This document shows positions 29,601 through 37,296 of a stretch of DNA of 64,000 bases, one piece after another. The stretch comes from Chloroflexota bacterium (lineage in GTDB: Bacteria; Chloroflexota; Limnocylindria; Limnocylindrales; CSP1-4). The notes below the pieces were generated by a model that searched no databases, had not been told where the DNA came from, and was given only the letters and a program-made list of their open reading frames with translations. Positions within the stretch are counted from its first letter, which is position 1, and every line of letters starts with the position of its first letter. The translations under genes and the position numbers were made by a program. The stretch is taken from assembly GCA_003169735.1 (NCBI GenBank), contig PNAP01000025.1, forward strand, positions 179 through 64,178, given 5' to 3'.

Positions 29601-30071
29601 ATAGGTGCTGATCCCCGGGGCGGCATGGATGGCCGCCTGGATGCCGGGCACCGCGTCGGGCGCGTCATCGGGCGACAGGTCGAGCGAGACGACCTCATAG
29701 ACGGTTCGCCCGTCGGCGCTGACCTGGTTGGGAGCGAGACGATGGGTCAGGATGCCCGTCACGTGCGGTGCTGACGGCACGTCCACCAGCGCGGTCGCGA
29801 CGGCCGACTCGAACGCGAGATCACCAGCCTTGGCGTCGGTGTCGGAGCGGACGACGATGGCCAACGCCGACGGCGGCAGGCCGATGGCCGATTCGAGAAG
29901 CTTGCTCGTGCGCGCTGCCTCGAGATCGTCGAGCGAGAAGCCGCCCGATTGGAGGACGCTCGACGCTCGCGGCGCGAGCGGCAACGCGACCAGCGCCAGC
30001 ACCGCCCAGACGGCGATGACCCACCACCGGTGGCGCGCGCACGCCCGGCCAAGTCGCTCGAACGTCGTCAT
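26604..30071 (-). CDS. MMPL (RND) transporter fused to an AttH/CrtC-like lipocalin domain
   Basis: GLGVDYSL, FGLSMDYEVFLL, DATVVRALLVP, WNWW (MMPL); then EWWYYTGHL, YYYSRPR, WFDHQWG, GWDWF, YWEG, YVELTGY in one frame. Confidence 0.9.
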   Translation of the reverse strand: MTTFERLGRACARHRWWVIAVWAVLALVALPLAPRASSVLQSGGFSLDDLEAARTSKLLESAIGLPPSALAIVVRSDTDAKAGDLAFESAVATALVDVPSAPHVTGILTHRLAPNQVSADGRTVYEVVSLDLSPDDAPDAVPGIQAAIHAAPGISTYLAGSPVFYGDVQVVSEQDLQRSELISLPLAALALLLVFGSFVAAGVPVIVGGVSVLIAVAVIFLVASVMPMSIFVLNIATLLGFGLGVDYSLLLSSRFREELARRGGGRLPDGSPDRAVIEDAIGVTVATAGRAAFFSGVTVLLGLIGLILFEFMVLRSVGIAGAIVVGFALAGAVTLLPAVLAVAGPRIDALRVPSLRRGPRTPAVPGEGAWARLANRVMDQPVRIFVATLAVLVLLGVPFLHVRFDAPDESILPPSVPSRQAFDLLLDDFQRGEFAPLLLAVQTDGPVTSPDNIARLYAYSREIAADPRVARVDSIVDIDPRLDEAQYQLILGAPNGPADRFVADTLARTTNGDLTAFSVVTDFGPNAPEGRALVDELRDPHSALAPPAGVTVAVGGGAAEVKDVVDRMGADFPRSAAFILISTYLVLFVLLRSVVLPAKALIMNALSIVASFGALVWIFQDGNLSAILGFEPLGFVETTLPVILFCVLFGLSMDYEVFLLTRMKEVYDRTGDNRLAVASGMERSGRIVTSAALIVVVVAGSFAFADIVLIKAVGLGVAIAVALDATVVRALLVPSTMRLLGHWNWWMPERLKRLIASRLPVIEGTALQLVVLGLIAVLLVSACSPSGLLMANQPSVVPSLPTPTASAVRPPDPQPIVLPADDAPHHRLTEWWYYTGHLQTAAGKHFGFEFVVFRAERGSFPVAWASHLALTDESGDRFLYDQRAQIGPEVDLGAASGFDLGIVGDRLPGVPQLTAQPWTMVGSGGHDQLDAHGTAADASPFGIDLALDAGTVPVALEDTDGYVDFGAAGGSYYYSRPRLSASGTITVGGQTLAVDGEAWFDHQWGDFIAVGGGGWDWFAVNLDDGTGLTLSLVRDTAGTDTLVYGTLIRGQTVEHLPSTAFTVSSTGSWTSPATGAVYPAGWHIVLPIESLVLDLTPTVADQELDTRPTTGVVYWEGSQTVHATIDGQPDGGQAYVELTGYGPAGLPSATPSAAP

Positions 30072-30127
30072 CTCACGGGTCCGTCGTCACTTGTCGCCGG
30101 GGCGCGCGTCGGTCGTCGCGCGGCCGC

Positions 30128-30550
30128 TCAGACGATCTCGAAGGTGGTCGTGACGGTGGCGACCCCTCGGACGGTCGCGAGCACCGAGCAGTAGCGCTCG
30201 CAGCTCAGCGTCACGGCCCGCTCGACGGCCGCGGGGCGAAGCTCACCACGCACGATGAAGTGGACGGTGATGGCGGTATACGCGTACGGCGCCTCGGTCG
30301 ATTGCTCGCCGGTCACGCGCACCTCCACGCCCTCGACAGGGTGGCGGCCCTTGCCCAGGATCTGGACCACGTCCCAGGCCGCGCACGAGCCGGCCGAGGC
30401 GAGCAGCAGTTCGGCCGGGCTGAAGCCGGTCGGCGGATGGCCCGAATCGGGCGGATGCGGGGCATTGATGGCGATGACCTGGCCCGGGTGCGTCCCGATC
30501 GCGCTGAACCGCTCTTCCTCCGGTTGCCACGCGACCGTCACGGTTCGCAT
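30128..30550 (-). CDS. OsmC/YhfA family protein
   Basis: PAELLLASAGSC and YCSV cysteine motifs; GGAGG RBS. Confidence 0.88.
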   Translation of the reverse strand: MRTVTVAWQPEEERFSAIGTHPGQVIAINAPHPPDSGHPPTGFSPAELLLASAGSCAAWDVVQILGKGRHPVEGVEVRVTGEQSTEAPYAYTAITVHFIVRGELRPAAVERAVTLSCERYCSVLATVRGVATVTTTFEIV

Positions 30551-30644
30551 CAGGCCCTCCTGCTCCTCGCGCTGGCTCGCCACGGCGGGCGACGTTCGCG
30601 GCCACGCCCATCATGCGCCGAGACCGCCGGAGAGGCTCGCGAGG

Positions 30645-30779
30645 TCAGATGTTGGCGGCGATGACCGAGAGGATGGCGCTGATCTGGGTGCCCAGGAAGA
30701 GCAGCGCGACCAGCGCCACGATGGCGATCAACCCGACGATCAGCGCGTACTCGACGAGGCCCTGTCCATGCTGTGGCAC
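30645..30779 (-). CDS. flp: Flp family type IVb pilin (44 aa)
   Basis: Manual translation MPQHG|QGLVEYALIVGLIAIVALVALLFLGTQISAILSVIAANI; below the ORF-track length cutoff. Confidence 0.85.
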   Translation of the reverse strand: MPQHGQGLVEYALIVGLIAIVALVALLFLGTQISAILSVIAANI

Positions 30780-30783
30780 CGGG

Positions 30784-31167
30784 TCACTCGCCGATGACCG
30801 ACCAGATGAAGCCCATGAAGATGAAGAAGCCGGCGAAAAGTCCCACCAGCGCCGGGGCGCCGACCTTGTTGGCCGGCAGGTCCTGGCTGGCCAGGAACGC
30901 CATGACCGCCATCCACAGGATGAGCAGGACAGCGAAGAAGTAGCGCGAATTGCGCCCTGTCACGAGGTGGACCCACGTCGTCTGCTTGCGCTCCGCGCTC
31001 AGCGCCACGCGCAGGAACACCGTCACCATCAGCCCGGCGATGGCGATCCCCAGGACGAGCGCGATGGGTTGCGCGATGGCCGTCTGGAATCCGCCGTACA
31101 GCGAGACGATCACGACGAACAGCGTCAAGAGAGCGACCAGGGTGCCCAACCGCTGAAGGCGTTCCAT
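30784..31167 (-). CDS. Hypothetical 4-TM membrane protein
   Basis: Four hydrophobic segments; TGtTAGACT -10 about 7 nt before ATG. Confidence 0.75.
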   Translation of the reverse strand: MERLQRLGTLVALLTLFVVIVSLYGGFQTAIAQPIALVLGIAIAGLMVTVFLRVALSAERKQTTWVHLVTGRNSRYFFAVLLILWMAVMAFLASQDLPANKVGAPALVGLFAGFFIFMGFIWSVIGE

Positions 31168-31289
31168 CAGGGGGGAGTCTAACAAAGGGTCGTCGGCGCG
31201 AACGGGTCGGCTGACCAGCGTGTCGGCGCTGGGGTATCATCGGCCGCTATCCAGCTTGCATAGTGTTTATGCACAGGGAGGCTCGGAGC

Positions 31290-32912
31290 GTGGACATCAT
31301 CGCGAGCCCGGAGACGGCGCCGTTCGTGAATCAGCGTGACCCGTCGCGCGCGCTCGGGCCTGACGGCAAGCCGGCGGTCAGCCGACGCGCACCGATCTGG
31401 GCCGACGTGCCCGACGAGAAGTGGAACGACTGGCGCTGGCAACTGTCGAATCGCGTCAACGACCTCGATGAGATCGAGGGCATCCTCAACCTGACGCCCG
31501 AGGAGCGCGACGGCCTCTCCGCGCCCGACAAGTTCCGCGTCGACATCACGCCCTACTTCATCAGCCTCATCGACCCCGACGACCCGACCGACCCGATCCG
31601 CCGCCAGGTCATCCCGCTCGGCCGCGAGAACGAGGCGTTCACGGGGATGATGGAGGACTCGCTGGCCGAGGATCGCCACTCGCCGGTGCCGGGCCTTGTC
31701 CACCGCTACCCCGATCGCGTGCTGATGCTGGTGACCACGCAGTGCGCGTCATATTGCCGCTACTGCACGCGGTCGCGCATCGTCGGCGATCCGACCCAGA
31801 ACTTCAACCGCAAGGACCACGAAGCGCAGCTCGAATACCTGCGCCGCACGCCGCAGGTGCGCGACGTGCTCATCAGCGGCGGCGACGGGCTGACCCTCGC
31901 GCCGAAGCTCTTCGAATCGATCCTGCGCGGCCTGCGCGAGATCCCGCACATCGAGATCGTCCGCATCGGAACGCGCGTGCCGGTCTTCCTGCCGCAGCGC
32001 GTCGATGACGAGCTGTGCGAGATGCTCGCCAAGTACCACCCGATCTGGATGAACCTGCATTTCAACCACGCCCAGGAGATCACGCCCGAGGTCTCGCGTG
32101 CGGTCGACAAGCTGACGCGGGCGGGCATCCCGGTCGGCAACCAGTCGGTCCTGCTGGCCGGCGTGAATGACTGCGTCAACATCCAGCGCGAGCTGGTCCA
32201 CCGCCTGGTCGAGAACCGGATCCGCCCGTACTACCTCTACCAGTGCGACCTCGTCGAGGGCTCCGGCCACTTCCGGACGCCGGTCGGCAAGGGCATCGAG
32301 ATCATGGAGGGGCTGCGCGGCCACACCTCGGGCTACGCCGTGCCGACCTACGTCATCGATGCGCCCGGAGGCGGCGGCAAGATCCCGGTCGCGCCGAACT
32401 ACCTCATCAGTTACTCGGACCACAAGATCGTCCTGCGCAACTACGAGGGCTACATCACGACCTACGAGGAGCCGCTCGAGTACAAGCAGCACGACAAGGC
32501 CAACTGCAGGGCCTGCCAGAAGCCGCGGCCGGAGCCAGGCCAATCGGGCATCCTCGGGCTGCTCGAGGGGGAGCGGATGTGGATCGAGCCGCGCGGTTTC
32601 GCCGAGATCCACGAGCGCGGCAATCTTGAACAGCATCGCCTCCAGGACCCGTCGAAGTGGGTGCCCTACGGCGTCGGAGCCATCGAGGGCCAGGCGCGCG
32701 GGGCGCTCCCGGTCCTCGAGAGCGGGAATGGCAACGGCCTGCTCGACAGCGAGCGAGCCGCCACTGACACCAATGCCGGTCTCGTCGAGCCAGGCGACCT
32801 GCTGAGCGAAGAGCAGCGCGCGGAGATGGGGCGGCCCCACTACGGACCCGGCGAGGAACCACGGCCGCGCGACGGAGAACCGACCGGATCCGCCCACGGG
32901 GAGCTGCTCTAG
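31290..32912 (+). CDS. kamA: KamA family radical-SAM/PLP aminomutase (lysine 2,3-aminomutase-like)
   Basis: WNDWRWQ, HRYPDRVL, CASYCRYCTR, SGGD, NQSVLL, PYYLYQCD, DAPGGGGKIP, LRNYEG. Confidence 0.9.
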   Translation: MDIIASPETAPFVNQRDPSRALGPDGKPAVSRRAPIWADVPDEKWNDWRWQLSNRVNDLDEIEGILNLTPEERDGLSAPDKFRVDITPYFISLIDPDDPTDPIRRQVIPLGRENEAFTGMMEDSLAEDRHSPVPGLVHRYPDRVLMLVTTQCASYCRYCTRSRIVGDPTQNFNRKDHEAQLEYLRRTPQVRDVLISGGDGLTLAPKLFESILRGLREIPHIEIVRIGTRVPVFLPQRVDDELCEMLAKYHPIWMNLHFNHAQEITPEVSRAVDKLTRAGIPVGNQSVLLAGVNDCVNIQRELVHRLVENRIRPYYLYQCDLVEGSGHFRTPVGKGIEIMEGLRGHTSGYAVPTYVIDAPGGGGKIPVAPNYLISYSDHKIVLRNYEGYITTYEEPLEYKQHDKANCRACQKPRPEPGQSGILGLLEGERMWIEPRGFAEIHERGNLEQHRLQDPSKWVPYGVGAIEGQARGALPVLESGNGNGLLDSERAATDTNAGLVEPGDLLSEEQRAEMGRPHYGPGEEPRPRDGEPTGSAHGELL

Positions 32913-32964
32913 ACCGTCGCCGGTGCGACCGGATCAACGGGCGAACTGGGGCGTATCCTCAGAA

Positions 32965-34062
32965 GTGATGGCAACCGGTGGCCCCGAGCGGCTCAGCCCC
33001 GCCCGCCCCCGGCCCGCCCTATGGCTCCTGCCTGCGCTCGCCGCGATGGTCTGTGGCGCCTTTCTGATCGTGGCCCTGGCCGCGACGCCTCCGCAGAACG
33101 CGATCTTCGTCGACTGGACGACCTATTCGCTGGGCAGCGAGCGGGTCCTCGACGGTCAGTCCCTGTACCTGCCGGAGCAGCTTGCCGGTCCGTACCATCT
33201 GCCAGACGTGACGCCGCAAGGCTATGTCTATCCGCCTCCTTCGGCCGTGCTGTTCGTGCCTTTCTCGTACGGTCAGGTCGGGCTCGCGCTGTGGCTGATC
33301 CTGAACCTCGGGTTGCTCTTCTCGGGGCTGGCGGCGGTCGTTCGCCGCGAATTCAGGCAGCTGAGACCCGTCCCCCTGGCCCTCGTCTTCATCGGCCTGC
33401 TCATCATCATCCCGGTCCCCGGGACGGTCCTCGCGCCATTCCCCAACGGCGTGCTGACGGCGAATGTGAACGTGGCCCTGGCCGGGCTCCTGGCATGGTG
33501 CTGGGCCGTCGGGTCGCGGCGCGGTTGGATCCCCTACGTGGCCGGTGTCGTCGGGACGTTCAAGATCTTCCCCGGTGCCCTGGCGCTCTGGGCCGTCCGC
33601 CGCGATGGCTGGCGGGCACTTGCCATCGCCATCGGGGTCGCCGCCGCGATCGTCGTGGTGACCCTGCCCCTGGTCGGGATCAGCGAGTGGTCCGCCTTCT
33701 TTCGCGCGCTATCGAACGCGGAGCCGACGTGCGACGGGGGCCGGTCGTCGATCGCGTGCCTTGCGCTTCCGCTGATCGGCTCGAGCCTTGCCAAGATCCT
33801 CGGGCTCGTGGTCGGTGGCGTCCTGCTTCTGCTGGCCCTGCGAGCTCGCGGCGAGTTCATGGCGTTCGTGCTCCTGACGGCGGGGATGCTCGCGGCGGTC
33901 GAAGACGGCCACTCCCATTACCTGCTGTTCGGGTATGTGCTGCTGGTCATCGGCCTGTGCCGGCTGCGCGTCCGCCGCGGACTCCCCACTCAGGCGCCTG
34001 ACGCGATGATCCCGTCGATGGGGAGCGGCGCTCCAGCAGGTACCCGAACAGCGGCAGGATGA
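32965..34062 (+). CDS. GT87/DUF2029 (GT-C) membrane glycosyltransferase
   Basis: DWTTY, YVYPPPSA, ANVN, FKIFP motifs; many TM segments. Confidence 0.75.
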   Translation: MMATGGPERLSPARPRPALWLLPALAAMVCGAFLIVALAATPPQNAIFVDWTTYSLGSERVLDGQSLYLPEQLAGPYHLPDVTPQGYVYPPPSAVLFVPFSYGQVGLALWLILNLGLLFSGLAAVVRREFRQLRPVPLALVFIGLLIIIPVPGTVLAPFPNGVLTANVNVALAGLLAWCWAVGSRRGWIPYVAGVVGTFKIFPGALALWAVRRDGWRALAIAIGVAAAIVVVTLPLVGISEWSAFFRALSNAEPTCDGGRSSIACLALPLIGSSLAKILGLVVGGVLLLLALRARGEFMAFVLLTAGMLAAVEDGHSHYLLFGYVLLVIGLCRLRVRRGLPTQAPDAMIPSMGSGAPAGTRTAAG

Positions 34063-34996
34063 CCAGCAGGTAGCCGACGCTCGCCCAGCGGTCGAAGAAG
34101 AGCACGACGACGAAGATCGCTGTCCCTGACAGCACGACGAGGGTCCAGCGCCGCACGAGGAGCGACAGCGCGCCGATGGGGATGGCCAGCAGCCGCCCGG
34201 CCGGCAGGTCGAAGCTGTTGGCCGGCACCGGGTGGGCGGCCGCGGCGAGGTCGAGCGAGCGCAGGAAGCTGCTCGGGCCCCACACCACGAGTGGCGCCCA
34301 GCAGATCGCCGTCACGCCCAGCGCTGCCACGGCCGTGGCCATGCCGCCGAACCCGATGGCCGCCGGGAACCACGCGAACGCGTAGGGCTTCAACGCCGCC
34401 GCGACCGCCAGCAGGACCCCGCCGGCGCGCCGATGCCGTTCCAGTGCGAGCAGACCGGCAAACACCACGAAGGCCGGGATGCCGTCGTTGATTCCCGAGG
34501 TACTCAGCTGGACGGCGAATCCGAGCGCGCCGTAGACGGCGAGCGTCACGAAGCTTCCGCGCAGCGTGAGCAGCACCATCACTCCCGCCCCGGCGAGCAC
34601 TTCGCCGATCACGCCGAGTGGCGCCGTGAGCAACATCAATGGTCCGTAGACGAACGGCGCGCCCGGCGGCATGGACGCCGCGTAGCCGATGCCATATGGG
34701 CTGCCGCCGGCGAGCACCTGCTGCAGCGCCGCTTGCCCCACGATGAGTTGGTCGGCGCCGACCGGCAGGCCGGCGAAGACGAGGCGCAGCCATATCGCCC
34801 CGACCGTCAGCGCGAGGCCGAAGAGCAGCGGTCGTCGATGGACGAGGGCAGCGGCCGGGATGGCCGCCATCGCCAGCCAGGCGGCAGGGTGCCCGAGGTT
34901 GGTGGCGTCGACGCACGTCAGCGCTCCGAGCGCCGTGAAGACTCCGAGCGCCACCCGCATGCCGAGCGGCACGCTGCGGACACGCGCCATGATCAC
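33947..34996 (-). CDS. GT-C-like polytopic membrane protein (GT87-related)
   Basis: GGSPY, PFVYGP, GINDG, ALKPYA motifs; start GTG 34996 or ATG 34990. Confidence 0.65.
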   Translation of the reverse strand: MIMARVRSVPLGMRVALGVFTALGALTCVDATNLGHPAAWLAMAAIPAAALVHRRPLLFGLALTVGAIWLRLVFAGLPVGADQLIVGQAALQQVLAGGSPYGIGYAASMPPGAPFVYGPLMLLTAPLGVIGEVLAGAGVMVLLTLRGSFVTLAVYGALGFAVQLSTSGINDGIPAFVVFAGLLALERHRRAGGVLLAVAAALKPYAFAWFPAAIGFGGMATAVAALGVTAICWAPLVVWGPSSFLRSLDLAAAAHPVPANSFDLPAGRLLAIPIGALSLLVRRWTLVVLSGTAIFVVVLFFDRWASVGYLLVILPLFGYLLERRSPSTGSSRQAPEWGVRGGRAAGTGR

Positions 34997-35070
34997 GCGG
35001 TCAAGGCCGCCACGGGGCGCTCGAGAACACGCCGCGACCTTAGCACCCGGCATGGAGATACCCTCTCGTC

Positions 35071-36411
35071 ATGACCATGCCTGATCGATCGTTCCCGACG
35101 GATTTCGTGTGGGGTGCCGCGACGGCCGCGTATCAGGTCGAGGGGGCGGTCCACGAAGACGGCCGCAGCGAAAGCATCTGGGACCGCTTCGCGCACACGC
35201 CGGGCACGACGTTCCACGGCGATACGGGCGACGTCGCCTGCGACCACTACCACCGCTACCGCGAGGACGTGGCGCTGCTGGCCGAACTCGGTCTCGGCGC
35301 GTACCGGTTCTCCGTCGCGTGGCCGCGGGTCATCCCAGGCGGCACAGGCCCGGTCAACGAGGCAGGGCTCGACTTCTACGATCGCCTGGTCGACGAGCTG
35401 CTCGCCAAGGGCATCGCGCCGTTCGTGACGCTCTATCACTGGGACCTGCCGCAGGTCCTCGAGGACGCCGGGGGGTGGCCCCTTCGGGCGACCGTGGATG
35501 CGTTCGCCGAGTACGCCGCGGTCGTGGCCGGGCGCCTCGGTGACCGCGTCCGCCACTTCGTCACGTTCAACGAACCGCGGGTCGTGGCGACGCTGGGATA
35601 CGAGGACGGCATCTTCGCGCCGGGACGCCACGACCTCGATGACGGACTGGCCGCAGCTCACCATCTGCTCGTGGCTCACGGCAGGGCCGTCCAGGCCATC
35701 CGCGCCGTGGCACCGGACGCGAGTGTCGGCATCGTCCTCGACATCGTGCCGAAGCAGTCGGCCAGCACGGAGATGCTCGACCTCGAGTCCGCCGCCGCCG
35801 CGCAAGAGCGTCACGACCGGTGGTTCCTCGACCCGCTCACCGGCCGCGGCTATCCCCCTGACCCGCCGGAGAACTCCTGGCGTCACCTCATCCGCGACGG
35901 CGATCTCGAGCTCATCACGGCGCCCATCGACTTCCTGGGCGTCAACTACTACACGCGCGACATCGTCCGTTCGCCGATGCTGCCGCCCCTCCCCGCCGTC
36001 GAGCGAGAGAAGACGGGCTTCGGCTGGGAGGTTTACCCCGAAGGCCTCGGTGAGGTCCTCCGGTTCGTCGCCTCGCGGACCGGCGACCTGCCGCTGTACA
36101 TCACCGAGAACGGCGCTGCCTACCCGGATCATCCATCCGACCCGACCCATGACCCGGAACGCGTCAGGTATCTCCGCCGGCACCTGGCCGCACTCGCCGA
36201 CGCGCGCTCGACGGGCATTCCGGTGCGCGGCTACTTCGTCTGGTCGCTGCTCGACAACTTCGAGTGGATCTTCGGCTACTCGCAGCGCTTCGGCATCGTG
36301 CACGTCGATTTCGCCACGCAGGAGCGCCGGGTCCGCGACTCGGGGCGATTCCTCGAAGCGGTGGCGCGGAGCGGCCGGCTGCCCGCGGAACCCTCGACCG
36401 CCGGCGACTGA
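35071..36411 (+). CDS. GH1 beta-glucosidase
   Basis: WGAATAAYQVEG, TLYHWDLP, TFNEP, YITENG, WSLLDNFEW. Confidence 0.95.
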   Translation: MTMPDRSFPTDFVWGAATAAYQVEGAVHEDGRSESIWDRFAHTPGTTFHGDTGDVACDHYHRYREDVALLAELGLGAYRFSVAWPRVIPGGTGPVNEAGLDFYDRLVDELLAKGIAPFVTLYHWDLPQVLEDAGGWPLRATVDAFAEYAAVVAGRLGDRVRHFVTFNEPRVVATLGYEDGIFAPGRHDLDDGLAAAHHLLVAHGRAVQAIRAVAPDASVGIVLDIVPKQSASTEMLDLESAAAAQERHDRWFLDPLTGRGYPPDPPENSWRHLIRDGDLELITAPIDFLGVNYYTRDIVRSPMLPPLPAVEREKTGFGWEVYPEGLGEVLRFVASRTGDLPLYITENGAAYPDHPSDPTHDPERVRYLRRHLAALADARSTGIPVRGYFVWSLLDNFEWIFGYSQRFGIVHVDFATQERRVRDSGRFLEAVARSGRLPAEPSTAGD

Positions 36412-37296
36412 TCAGATCGAGCCGCGCATCCGGGCCATGCCCGCCTCGAGCGGCTCGACGCCGCCACCACCGACCCGGGCCAGCTCCCAGTGCTCGGTCA
36501 GCACGGCCGATCGGCCAGGCTCCAACTGCTCGACCGGCCCGAGGATCTCGAGTTCCTGGTAACTCGGGCAGCCGTACGCCTCGACGTTGCAGCCGAGATC
36601 GGCATGGGCGAAGCCCGGCGCGGGCTGGAAGTGGCGAACGACCAGCACGTCCCCGCAGAGGTAGCCAACGCAGCCGCCTGCGCTGAACGTGCCCACCTTG
36701 AGCGGCGGCCCGGCGACGCCACGGACGGCTATCAGGCCGTCGCTGAGCGCCAGCCGCTCGTCCTCCCACGATGTCGACGGCCAGAGCACGACGGTCCGGT
36801 TTGGCCGAACGTCCGGGACCGCGCTGGCGATCGGCTGCGGCAGCAGGACCGCGCCGCTGAGCGGCACCTGGCTGATCGCCCACGGCGCGAGCTCCACCAC
36901 CACGTCACCAGCGTTCCGGATCTCGTGGCGCAACTCCATGGTCGGCGTGAGCGGATCGAGGCGGACGGTGATCGACCGCTCCAGGCCGGTGGCTGGCTCG
37001 ACCGGTCCCCGCAACCGGACGCCCGGTCCATCCTCCTCGACGACGAGGCCCTGACCATCTGGGACAGCGGCGCGGCCGGCATGCTCGGGTGCCACCCAGA
37101 GGCGATGACCGCCCACGAGGTCGTAGCGTCCGAGCGGCGTCTCCCAGCCCAGGTCCGGCGTCTCTGCGAACAGGTTCTCGGACGAACCGGCCAGACCCAA
37201 TCGGACGAGGCGCGGCCCGGCCTCGGTCAGGACATCGACCCACAGGTGCTCGCTCTGGAGGCGTCGCGTCGGACGACCGAAGTAGTCCCCGCTCAG
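36412..37296 (-). CDS. DUF4380-like (aldose-epimerase-fold) protein
   Basis: GPRLV, GGHRLWVAPE, YQELEILGP, EHW motifs; frame open to a CTG at 37296 (start uncertain). Confidence 0.65.
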   Translation of the reverse strand: MSGDYFGRPTRRLQSEHLWVDVLTEAGPRLVRLGLAGSSENLFAETPDLGWETPLGRYDLVGGHRLWVAPEHAGRAAVPDGQGLVVEEDGPGVRLRGPVEPATGLERSITVRLDPLTPTMELRHEIRNAGDVVVELAPWAISQVPLSGAVLLPQPIASAVPDVRPNRTVVLWPSTSWEDERLALSDGLIAVRGVAGPPLKVGTFSAGGCVGYLCGDVLVVRHFQPAPGFAHADLGCNVEAYGCPSYQELEILGPVEQLEPGRSAVLTEHWELARVGGGGVEPLEAGMARMRGSI

